A stretch of 64,000 bases of DNA from Microbotryum violaceum. Its lineage: Eukaryota. The stretch covers positions 1,379,591 to 1,443,590 of the forward strand of contig LN717261.1 of assembly GCA_001244265.2 (NCBI GenBank), given 5' to 3'. This document shows, in pieces, positions 37,454 through 54,911 of the stretch. Position numbers and translations under genes: made by a program. A model generated the notes under the pieces. The model worked only from the letters and a program-made list of their open reading frames with translations. It was not told where the DNA came from and made no database searches. Numbering within the stretch: the first letter of the stretch is position 1; every line of letters begins with the position of its first letter.

Positions 37454-39837
37454 ATGGCACCACGTCGCGACTCATTTACACCAGGACAAGGCTTCCTCGA
37501 TAATACCACAGTTAGTACACCCATCTCCCGCCGGGGTCAATCTACAGAGCCACCGTGCAGAACAGCCACTGATTTTCGGCTTTCCCCGCCTAGAACACCT
37601 ACCGCCCTTCCGCCTTTTCTTCCTCCTCCTCCTCCTCCTCAGCCTCTCGAAACAAGTCCTTAACCCAGGCCAGGCTCTTCGGGATGCACAAAGCCGCGAT
37701 CATCACACCTCGAGCAACATTGACCGCAGCCTCGGGGAGCTCGTCGCGCTCGCGTACTGCTTTGACTAAGTCAATGGGTTTGGTCGATGCTTTTAGTCGA
37801 CAAGCTAGTCAGAGTACCAGCTCGGCATCCAAGACCAGGGCTAGTCAGTCACGACGACGCGTAGAGCGGGCACAACCGAATGCTCGATCGCCAGCCAGTG
37901 GCGATGACGAAGACGACGATGACGAAGACGAGCGCGACGAGGCGCGTCGACCCGACTCGAGCCATCAGTGGCGAAACCGAGGACGCGATGTTCCATCTTC
38001 CTCGCGCCACTCTGAAATCACCTGTTCCGGCGTAGGGAAAGAAAATCTTGCCCAATCCCGTCGCCACTCTTCCGAAAGCGAAAGCCATCTACCCTCCCCT
38101 ACCTCGAATACTTTCGCTCGCTCGATTCTCAACCCCTCGTCTAAACGCCGCGGCCCGCGCCTCTCTTTCGACGACGACCCGCACGAGAATGACGACGACG
38201 ACAAGATGATGATGATGGGCGAAGAGGCGAGGAGGAAGAAGAATAGGATCTGGACAGGGGGCAGGGTACAGTTGGATTTGGTGCCGTTGCGGGATTGGGA
38301 GGAAGATCAAGCGAGAGAAGAGAAGGAGAGGGATAAGGGACGGAGCTCGGCGACAGCGGTGGTGGAGGCTGAGAGCAAGGGAAAGAAACCACTCGAGATG
38401 TTGGGTGACGAGGAAAACGTCGAGATCCGACACCGTGTGCAACAGTCTACACAGTCTCGACTCGACCACCCCATGTCCGCCTCACCTTCCGACCCGGAGA
38501 CCGAAACCGACGAGCCGTTCCCTCTGTCCGCGCGATCAAAGCCTCGGATGATCGAAGCCCAACCTTCCTTTGCCGACTCGAGCGAATCCGACGTTGGGGA
38601 ATACTTGCAACAATGTCTTGTAGGAGGAAGAGGGGACGAGCTCGTCCCGTCCTCGAGTCCGGATGCGGAGGTTCTCGTTTGCGATTCCGACGAAGAAACG
38701 CTCGATCGATTGGCGTATCAATTTGGGAGGGGAGGCGTCGACGATTCAGGCTTTGCGGACTACAATGATGAGGAGGAGGAAGATGGGGGATCTGAAGAAC
38801 GGGGAGATGCGGGGATGATCCTCCCGAGTTTCCAACCCCGGTCGGACGAGGTGACCATCTTGGAACCGGAGACGAGGAAGGCCGTGGGGTTGGAGAGAAG
38901 CGAGTCGTCGATCCTTATGCCGCCCCCTCCGGTACCGATTCGTCAACAAGCTCGACAAGTCGTCAAAGTGGAGGAAGTACCGCAACCTCAAGCCAGGGAT
39001 CAAGTTTCTTTCGACGAGATCGAAACGCAGTGGGCTGTTCACTCGCCGATCAAGTCCCGACCCAACGCAACGCTCGAGACAATTCCTAGTCGACCCTCAA
39101 CATGGTCCTCTCTCGACGCAGCATGGCAAGGAGCACGGCCCCTGACACCTCCGCCCCCTGAACCAAGGCAAGCGAATTTGCTCGAGTTTTTCCCTAAGAC
39201 TCACGAAGCGAGAGCGGACGAAGGGGAGGAGGATCAAGAGAACTGGATCATTGAGGACTCACAACCTGGTTCGTCGATACCTTTGGGTCAGCATGAAATG
39301 AGGGCTTTCCAAGCTGCGTTGATCACGACGCGTGTGATGGGGAAGAAGAAGATCCGAAGCGGGAACGGATTGGGAGGGATTGAGGAAGAAGAAGATGTTG
39401 AGGAGGCGGAGGAAGAGGTCGATGTGCCCTCTTCGGATCAGGAGGATGGGCCTTGGTCACCTTTGGGATCTCCTGTCAGGATGAGGTTCCCTGGATCGGG
39501 GGTTGGGAAGGAAACGGAGATGGTGCAGCTGGATGCCGTGGAAGAGGAGGACGGAGAGGATGTTAGGAGAGACGATGATGCCGAGGTTGTTCCCGAAGCA
39601 GAAGAATTAGGAGACGATTCAATGGATTTCCTCCCCCCTCTCCCCTCGTTCCCGCCATCGAGCCAGATGTCGTCGACTCAGAGGGATCGGATCAAGAGTC
39701 GGAAAGATAGCTGCGAGATGGAAGAAGCAGAACGGGAGGAGACGCAGTGGGAAAGTTATTGGACGGTAGAAGCGGTCGAACCGTCGCCCTTTCATGCGTT
39801 GATGGATGATGATGATGAAGAGGACGAGAACGTGTAG
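37454..39837 (+). CDS. Hypothetical acidic, low-complexity (probably disordered) protein of about 766 aa with a PIP-box-like motif
   Basis: Exon 1 37454-37510, intron 37511-37593 (GTTAGT..CTGAT..TAG), exon 2 in frame with ORF 37684-39837. Confidence 0.8.
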
Positions 39838-40050
39838 ATGGGATCATGCGCCTTGGCATTTTGTTGTGATTTTGTTGGGTGACCTTGAAGCAAAGCATGC
39901 GAGAAGAGAGCTTTTCCAAATGTGTTGAAGACCTAGGGTATGCGTACAACATAAATCTATAACTACGGTGAGATAATAGAGTGACTACCTCCAGACAGAT
40001 AAGAATTGTCAAAGCTCTATGCATATATCGAGAACCTCTCTGCCATCCAT

Positions 40051-40320
40051 CTAAACTGCTTCCGTAGCCACGATCAACACCGGTTCATCGCCCAAACCCT
40101 TGACCCCTTTGAACGTCGGCGTCGTCTCCTCCTGAGGCGGCAACGCTCCGACCCTCTGCGCCGAAGCGAGATAAACGGACCAAAGACAACTCGCCACGCT
40201 ATGAAGGGTGGTCGAGCATAGACGGGCATGACGGACATGTTGACGATCTGCGCAGGGAAGAAGAGGCACCACGAGTGCGAAGTCGAGGTCCAGAGGCGGT
40301 CTTGGAGACGTTCGAATTCG
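40051..40320 (-). pseudogene. 3' fragment of an Mpv17/PMP22-family membrane protein gene, frameshifted
   Basis: RLQDRLWTSTSHSWCLFFPAQIVNMSVMPVYARPPF, then a shifted frame SVASCLWSVYLAS; matches the W...Q..N...P...R......W..YLS pattern. Confidence 0.65.
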
Positions 40321-40327
40321 GCGGCGT

Positions 40328-41152
40328 GGGCTTGGGAGATTGATGACAATCTCAACATTAGTAATTCTGGTTGGCGGGGGCGGCTCCCGGCCGGCGGGCG
40401 GGAGCGCGAGCTTGGGAAATTGGCGACGGTCTCAACATTAGTAATTCTCGTTGGCGGGGCGCGGCTCCAGCACAGGCTCCCGCGGAAGGCCAGCACCCGG
40501 CCAGCACAAGCCGACGCAGAGACCGGCGTGGACCGGTGTGGAACGCCGCGGAACGTCGCATGCCCGACTTCGGCTCCGTCCGATAACCGGTACAAACATC
40601 AACATCTCTCAGCTCATGGTACAAGCTTCCTCGGGAAGTAGATAATCAGTTGGGAACTAGTAATCCCTGAAGCTCTTTAGAGCTGAAGGTTTTTTCCAGA
40701 AAAATTTGGTGGCGCGGGCTTGGGAAATTGACGACGATCTGAGCGACTTTGCGAAATTGACGGCGATCTCGGCGCCGGGGGGCGGCTTGGGGCGCGCCGC
40801 GACTTTGGGAAATTGACAGCGCCGTGGGGCGGCCTGGGTGGGCGCGCCGCGACTTTGGGAAATTGACGACGATCTCAGCGCCGGGGGGCGGCTTGGGGGG
40901 GTGCCGCGACTTTGGGAAATCGACGACGATCTCAGCGCTGAGCGCTGAGCGGCGGCTGGCGAGGCGCGGCGAGTTTGGGAAATTGACGACGGTCTCAACA
41001 TTACAGCCAACCGGCAAAAGCCAGCACAGACCTGCACAGACCGGCGCGGAACGGCGGTGAATGACACGGACTGCAAAGTCCTGTACTAGGCGTGCGTTTT
41101 GGCCCGTCTGATAGCTGTGTGCAAACATCAACATCTCAGTAGCTCATGGTAC
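40328..41152 (-). repeat. Two related transposon-end-like blocks with about 8 subterminal GGGAAATTGACGACGATCTC-type repeats
   Basis: Both blocks end in CAAACATCAACATCTC..AGCTCATGGTACA (about 40623 and 41152), i.e. TGTACCATGAGCT on the minus strand. Confidence 0.7.
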
Positions 41153-41299
41153 AGCCCTCCTCCACCGTGGAGTAGTTCATCAGTCACAAATGGTGCTCAG
41201 TTGGTCCGACACACTAGTCATTGGTATCAAGTGGCATTTATGTCCACCCACCCTGCGGCAATGTCAATCTCTCCCAGTTCATGTGTCATAGTTGTGCTT

Positions 41300-47580
<6,281 letters not shown>

Positions 47581-48259
47581 GTTCAGTCGCGAGCACTTGC
47601 CTCCGGAAAGACAGCAGCCGCAGCATTTGATCCGTGAGATCGGCCTCGAGCTCGTGACGTCCGAGGTGCTTGCGACTCAGGCCATGGAGTCCGAGTTGCG
47701 ATGCTTGTTTTCTGAACATGCAGCAACGGCGTGGAACTTGGGGAACGGTCAATGTAAGCCGCGGTACCTCTTGTATCTGAAGCCATTGCAGAAACCTGAC
47801 TTCCTCCCCTTTCTCATCCTCACCCGGCCCGGCCAGCAATCGAAGTCAACATGCCAAACCTAACGACGAAGCCGCAGGTGGTCTTCACCCACCACCAGTT
47901 AATCATCCCCAAGGTGTAAGTACTACTTTACATTTTTGCTTTTGTAGGCTCCAGGATCTGATGGATGGGCCGACAAGCGTGTGTGCAGTCATTGGGAAAA
48001 TGCACAGGGGGCGAATCGCTTGGGAGAACCAGTCGATTTCATGCGGATGTCCGAAAGGGGCTTTTTACCGGTCACAAGTGCGCCGAAGGATCTCCGACGC
48101 CACTCCCCGTGACTGTCCATGGGCACCCCGGGCGATTTGCACGCACCATCCTCCGTGAAGGTGATCTGTGTGCGCTTGTCTGCACCGTCGAGGCTCGCGC
48201 TTGGAGGGACAGGTCCTCCGGCAAATGCAGTGGCACGGGCGCCTAAACTTCGTGCCCCT

Positions 48260-48930
48260 CAGGATTCGAGACAAGAGCAAGCGTCTTGTTGTAGTCAACC
48301 CCCACTCGTGGAGCAAAGCCTCGGACGATTAGCTGAGCCATGCAGTTGATGATGTTGCCCTCGGCGTCTTCCTTTCGAGTAAACACCCAACGATAGCCCA
48401 GGGCACGAGCCCCAGTAGGTGGACTCGAAAGCTTGAACACCTTGTGCGAGCCCATGGAGTTAAGTTCCTTGACCGACGCAGCGTACCAGGACTCTGCCTC
48501 GGGCGAAGCCAGCGCATCCTTGAAGGTCTTGGGAAGCGGTGGATGACGAGTGAAAACCAAAGCGATGAGCTCTGGTTGTGGACACAATACTGAGGGCGGC
48601 GACGCGACGCTGAGCACGTGTGCGAACCGGTAGAGTGTTGCCCTCGTTAATGTTCTTGAGCAGGCCCGGGGTGCGACCGACACGATAAGGCCGGTACTCG
48701 TGACCATCGTCAGGAGGTAGAGGCGGATCACGCTCCGCAGGGTCGTCGTCTTTGTAACTGTTAACAGCCTCAACAGCCTCCTCGCATCGATGATCGATAG
48801 GCTCCTCTTTCGTCTTCAACCCCTTCGGCCAACGGGCCGCCAGCTGATACAGGAATAGGAGCGGCCTCACCATGGTCTGCGTTGAAAATGAGGAAGTTGA
48901 AACTTGAGGCAGCGCTGGCAGTAAAGGCAC
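48260..48930 (-). pseudogene. Ty1/copia RT N-terminal fragment
   Basis: PKTFKDALASPEAESWYAASVKELNSM..GYRWVFTRKEDAEGNII..LIVRGFA..GVDY. Confidence 0.8.
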
Positions 48931-49699
48931 ACCAGGCTCGGGAATAAGAGCAGGCCGTAAAGCCCGATCCGCCTCAGTAATGGGAGCAGGGCATAAAGTT
49001 GGAATCTGATCCCAGGCAGGCAGTTAAGATACTAGCTCGTACTCCTGTAGAGGTTCGATTGCGTACATGCAGGGCTCGTCAGCCGAACATGAGTCCGCCT
49101 CACGCGCAGGCGACGGCGTCAATAACTTCGGAGCAGAGGCCGCCGACAAGGATCGTGAAGTCTCCTCCGGACGCGCGGCTGGCTCTTGAACGAAATGTGG
49201 ATTTGTCGTTAGAGCCTCTAGCCTTGTCTTGTGGCGGTTATTCACTTTCGGCTAAGTAGGAGGTACTGCCTATCCTCGGGCCATGGTTGTGTGAGTGTGA
49301 GTGTGACTTTATACAGGGCACAGTGCAGTGGAGGGAGGTTCAGGGACTGGTCGCCGCCCCGCGGTGCGTTAATGTTAATACAAGTCTAAAAAACCCCGTT
49401 ATATAAGTCTGAGAAAGCCTCACTCATGGTCCACCCCGACTCCACCCCAAGTCGCGCCCGAGTCCCCCTTGCACACGTCGAATGCTCCAGAGAGCTTGTT
49501 TGCCAGCGCGTTGCTTAGGGTTGCCGGTCCTCGATCTGCTCCTCATCTTTGATGGTCTTCCGTCCTCTTCTTCTTCCTTGCCTTTCCCGAACTGGAACCC
49601 ATCTCCTGGACAGCGTCCTATGTTCGCTCCGGGGGATCGTTCGTCAGTCCAAGTTCGGCATGTGGTCGACTGAGAGCGCCACTCACGGCTACTCGGCTG

Positions 49700-51990
49700 G
49701 CAAAGCTGAGGTTGTTGACTGGATCCTCGACGACTTCGGAGCAGACGGCTTGTATCGCGTGATCGCTGAGTGTGTTTTGGGGAGCCGTCCGGATGCCGGA
49801 ATGCCGCTTCATCTTCGCAGTGACCGTGTCGAAAAGGTACGCGCCAAAAAAGTCACCAAGTGTCAGCATATTCGATTATGCCATGTATCTCACCATGAAG
49901 CATGAAACTCACGCTTGATGGTAAAATCTTCCATTCCTCTTGTAGCCACCCGCGAGGTGTGTTGTCGCGGCGTCTGCGGCGAGGCTGTCACCATAACGCT
50001 TGAGCTTGTTTGCGAAGCTGTTGGCCTTGCAATCGCTGGGGTTCGAAATGTTCGGCGCCTTCATTGCCTGCCACTGGTATGGTGATCACAAGCGCAGGTC
50101 AGGATCGAGGGTGGAGGCGGGCTCTTCATATATACGCACCAGTATACTCCACCAGGTCACGTGTCCTTCCGTGACGGCAACCTGCTGGCCTTTGAACCAT
50201 TGATTGATGGTACGGCCTAGAGTAGCTTTGTCCTTTTGAGCTCTATGGATCTGGGAAGAGTTACAATTCTGTCAGGACCGCTCGGAGACCACAAGACGCG
50301 AGGTGTCTGCTCACGTGTCGGAGGAGATCACTACAACCCTGCACCAACAGAGCCGGAATGTTTGAAAGCAGGTTGTGGCGGAACGAGAGATTCTTGTTGT
50401 ACGCTTCGGTAGGGACGAAGCCGCTTTTTGTCAAGACCAACTGCGGGTGATGAAGCCTGTATGAGACAATCGTGCGCTGGTACCGAAGTGAAGGTCACGT
50501 ACTGCAAAAGACTCCGCCGAAGCCAATTGCTTGTAAAAGAAGGGGGTAGCCACAAAGATCTTCACCACGGGGGGGAGTCGGCTCTGCCAATGGTTGTGGA
50601 ATACGTCTCGTCAGTTGAATCTATGCTTCGCGTCCTCACCATTGGAGATCACACGTACCTTGAGATGGTCGATGCTTGGCGTGTTGATGAACGTGATCAC
50701 TGGCTCGAGCATGGCACATAATGCCTGAAGGTCGCATCGTATCTGGCCAAGCTGATCTTCAAGGCTCTTGGCATCGGGTTGTTCGGTCGAGGACTATAAG
50801 ATTGGCAGGCCAACGACGGTCGATGCCAGAGAGCAGTGGGTCATGACTCTTGTCAGTGGCGCGAAGCGTGGCGGATAATCGCATCGGTCACAGCTCACCT
50901 TGCGATAGTTATCGATATACGCTTGTGCACCTTTCAAATGGCGAATGCAGACCTGCAGGAGACGCAATGGCAATCAGCAGGGTGCAGGTTCATCTCAAGG
51001 CACACAAGAGCGCACCTCAAACGTGTCGTCGGGTTCGTCGTCTACGTCCGAGCAGACGACCTTCGTCTTGACTAGTTTGGACCAATCTTCACCTAAGGCC
51101 GTCTCGGATGGTACGTTGCCATCCTTATCACTGCCGTCCCCGTCACCAGAAGCTTCAGAGCTCTGTGCGGGTTTACACTTCGTCAGTGTCGTCTTACTGC
51201 TAGACTAGAGGGAAGCCAGGCCGGGCTCGGACGTACGTCGGATTCCGAGCTTAGATTCAAGCGAGAGGAAGATGAGTCGGGCTTGGTATCGACCTTCTGC
51301 ACGTCCAGGCGTTCCCGATTGGCGGGAGATTTAGCTTGGGAGATTTCGCTTTTAGACAATTATCTATGATCGACCTTACCTCTGATTCTGTATTGACCTC
51401 ATTGACCTCATCGGCAACTCCCCAGGCACGTTTGCGCTTGGTTCCGGTTTCTGAGGAAACCTGTTTGCGCTGCACCTTGAATAAACGACAGGATGTCAGC
51501 CGAGACTAAACCAGATCACAAGGTCGCATTCTCAGCTTGTGCGACATACCACCGAGTCCTCGAGGTTGAGGCCATGCGATGCTTCGGGTTCGAGGTGCGT
51601 GGAGGCCGCGTGGTGAGCGGATGGGCCGACATCGGCGACATGGCTCTTTCCATCAGAAATCGGCTCAAACAGAAGTGAGGCACTGGTTTTCGCGGTAGTG
51701 GTGCCAACCGTCAAGGTCTTCGTGTGAGGGGTGGGGACGCCAAGTGGCGGTGTGATGATGGTGGGTCGACGTAGTGGTAGTGTCGTCCGCAGGCGCATCT
51801 TGGGACTTCTTGGCCGGGTCTTTGTTGATCACGTCTTTAGTGAATTAACCGTGGTCTTGGGAGCTGCCACCTTCTGTTGCGTTGTTTGGGGTTGACGAGC
51901 AGGCGGACGCTGAAGTGGAGGTGTCGGTCAGCCGGTGTGGACCCAAGTTAAGTGGAGGTCGCCAGAAAAGGTCGAATCGAGCATGTGGGG
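49700..51990 (-). other. Probable multi-exon gene or gene relic of unknown function
   Basis: Repeated short GTGAG/GTGCG/GTACG...CTGAC/CTGAT...YAG intron signatures separate short open frames on the minus strand; no recognisable domain. Confidence 0.3.
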
Positions 51991-52325
51991 TATGATTCTG
52001 AAGCACAGGGGTGAAAAGGACCTGCCATGATGTCGGAGGCAGCGCCTCGAGCGCGAAGACGCCTGAGGGTGATCAGAAGTGGGAGCTGCGACGTCAAAGG
52101 CGAATCAGCAGAAGTCACGCGGTCACGCTCGTAGCCGCGTGTGCGACCCGGGCAAAAAATTTAGCGCAAGGCCTGACGTCATCCCGCAGGCCGCAGGATG
52201 CCGGGTTCAGCCAAAACCTGCAACTTGACTAGCTTCACCGGCTAACTTGACTCCGCTCGCGCACTCTACGGAGGAGTCGACAGGCTCTAGTACTACATGT
52301 CGATAGCGCGGCAAAATTGACGGAT

Positions 52326-54400
52326 TCATGGAGCGGCGTGCGTTGGATCACACGCCTTCTCGTGTACAAGTTTGTGTTCGACGACATTCACAATGGCAGG
52401 ACCGCACGAGAAGTTATCTTGTTGTTGAGGTGCCCTTGTCGTTGTACCGTGATTTCCATCGATGATGAGATTAAGTACTTTGAAAAGTGCCTCCAGAGCG
52501 TTTAGAGCGGCGACCGTGAGCGTCCTTTGAGGAAAGTGAATTGTGTATGGACCAGGCTCCACGTTTCACATCAATCCTTCCCAGGAACCAGTGGTTCTCG
52601 TCACAGATTGGCAAAAACAGACCGAGTCGGGGTGTGCGCTGATGAACTCGGCGGTGCTTGCGATCCCGACGCAGTCGTGCCTTGCCCAGTCGGCTAGCCA
52701 CAATTCAAACTGATATTGTCCACGCAAACGTTGAACAGCAGATGAGTCGTCGGCATCCCATAATAGATTGCGTATGAGATGCAATCAGAAGGAACAAGTC
52801 CATATACTAGTATTGTCGTCGTGTGTTCGAGCTGCTGGGTGTGAATAATGCCTCCGATGAGAAAATTGATGAGTGTCTCGCCAACCCATTCATTGCCTGA
52901 TGAACGGAAAAGGAGAGCATACGATCAGACCATTGCTCATCAGATCATGGCGAGAAGGAGAGTGGCAAGAGTGGGCATGAGAAGGGTAAACTTACTGCAG
53001 TGAGCAAGTTCACAAGTCGCTTATGCCCCAGCTCGTTGCCCACGCCCGGTAACTCGTGCCACGGCAGGGTTAAACGTTCTTTCTTAGCCTTGTTGATGTA
53101 AAATTCGTCGTCGACCCACTTCTTTTCGATTTTCCTTCATCCACTCGAGCGCGTCTTTGATTCTTCTCCGCGCTTCGCACGAGAGGGGTCAATGAAGGTG
53201 TTGCAAAATGCTGTGCAGAATTGTTCGTTCCCGGAAACGATTCAGTCAAAGACATTCGACCATTGACACGCACGGAATCGCAGGGACCTACCGCAGCGAT
53301 GTAATCGCGAGGCGACACCACGTGAAGGGAGCGTCCGTGAGTCCTCCTCCGTATACTGGCGGGGCTTGAAGAGCGGAATCTCCTTTTCCAAGTTGGCCAG
53401 AAACTTTTTGACGGAAGACGCCGCAGGAAGGCCCTGCACGCCGAAAGCCTTGGCGAATGCAAGCATGTCGTCCAGCTCTTGCACGCCGACCCGGCGTTTG
53501 TAGGATCTGAGAAAAACGACGATGATTATCATCTATGTTCGCAAGGGGGTCAGCTCCTGGCCAATCGCGTGATTCCGGAGCAACGAGAGTAGATCGACGC
53601 ACGTTCTGACTGGGGAAGGGATACCAGGGATGCGACGAATCGGGCGCGCTTGTGTAGTTGCGTCCGCATCGCGCGGGTGCCTGTCACCACAGCTACAGAC
53701 AATAAGTTGGGACAAGTTGGGACATACTTGCGTTAGTGGGAATTTCACGAGGGGCATTGCATCATTGCTCGTCCCCACTCACTGATGGAGCCCGCAGTGG
53801 CCCAAGTCTGCACCCAGTCATCCGACTCTTCTTCCTCTGCCCCGCCATCGATCTCGACCTCGCTGTCGGACTTGGAGCCAGTGCCCTGGGAATAGGGCGA
53901 GCAATTGCCTTTTGGAAGGAAGAGGGCGTGGTCGAGAACGGAATCCTCGTGATCACTTGGCGGGGACGGACGTGAAGCAGGCACGCTTTCAGACGACTTG
54001 ATGATCTCGCCAGCGACAGCAAGCAGAGAGTGGCCTACTGTTCCGGTCTCTGCCGGATTTTGATTGAAATCGACCAAGTCCGCCTCGTCGCTGCTCGAGA
54101 GCGCCTGGGGCGTGGGTTGCAGTAACCGGTTCGTCCAATTGACAGCGGGATCGGCTCGACTGTTGTACGCGTCGAGGTGCTTCTTGGTCGTGGCGTGTCG
54201 AACGGCGCGACGATACCACTGCACATGCGTTCGCCACCACAGTACCGGCACACATAGCCGGCAGAAGCTCGCTGAGAGGACCATTCCAAAACAAAGTCTG
54301 TTAATGATGGCGATGAGGATGATGACACGATGAAAGTGTTCGTGTCAACGCGACTGCGAGCCGACGGCCGGGCGTGGGTCCGAGTGCCGCAAAGAGTCGC
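52326..54400 (-). pseudogene. Degenerate DNA-transposon-like gene(s): zinc-finger-like N-terminus plus Ulp1/C48 peptidase domain
   Basis: CRLC..HATTKKH; QELDDMLAFAKAFGVQGLPA; LFLPICDENHWFLGRID..HNSLS; APQQQDNFSCGPAIVN; several frameshifts. Confidence 0.6.
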
Positions 54401-54911
54401 TACCACCCAGGTCGGCCGGGAACCATGACGTTGTTAGCACCCATCATTCTCCATGACTTGTTCCAAGTCCCTCGACTGCACGGACATGGTGTTCACTGTC
54501 GAGGGATATGTTGTGCCCGAAATTGTCAAATGGGCAAACGAAAGAGAGGGTGGGGCTCCGCGAAGGCGCCAGGGCCGCTCCAGCTGGCTCCTCTTGCCTC
54601 CTCTCTCACAACCGGTCGGTCTCAGCCCCCGCCGGGCACGTAGTGACAGGGGGGTCCCAGAAGTCGTTGTCACTAATGTCACTAAGTACCTAGGTAGGTA
54701 CTGGGTACCGGTCTAGACCCGGTCTACTTGCTTGTACTTGATGGCGACCCTGGAATATGAATGACAAGTCTGGAAGGCTATTTACGCACACGAAAATGCC
54801 GGGGCCCAACTTTGGCCCATGCGCCTCTTAAGTTTTGATAGGCTTCTTAGCCGGACTGCAGTGGGCTGTGGGCCGTGGCACGCCGATGGCCTGCCGTCGA
54901 CTGTATAGAGT

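Noticed and set aside
40328-41000. CRISPR-like repeat-spacer appearance
   Set aside because: Repeats are degenerate and irregularly spaced, spacers resemble each other, no cas genes, eukaryotic context.
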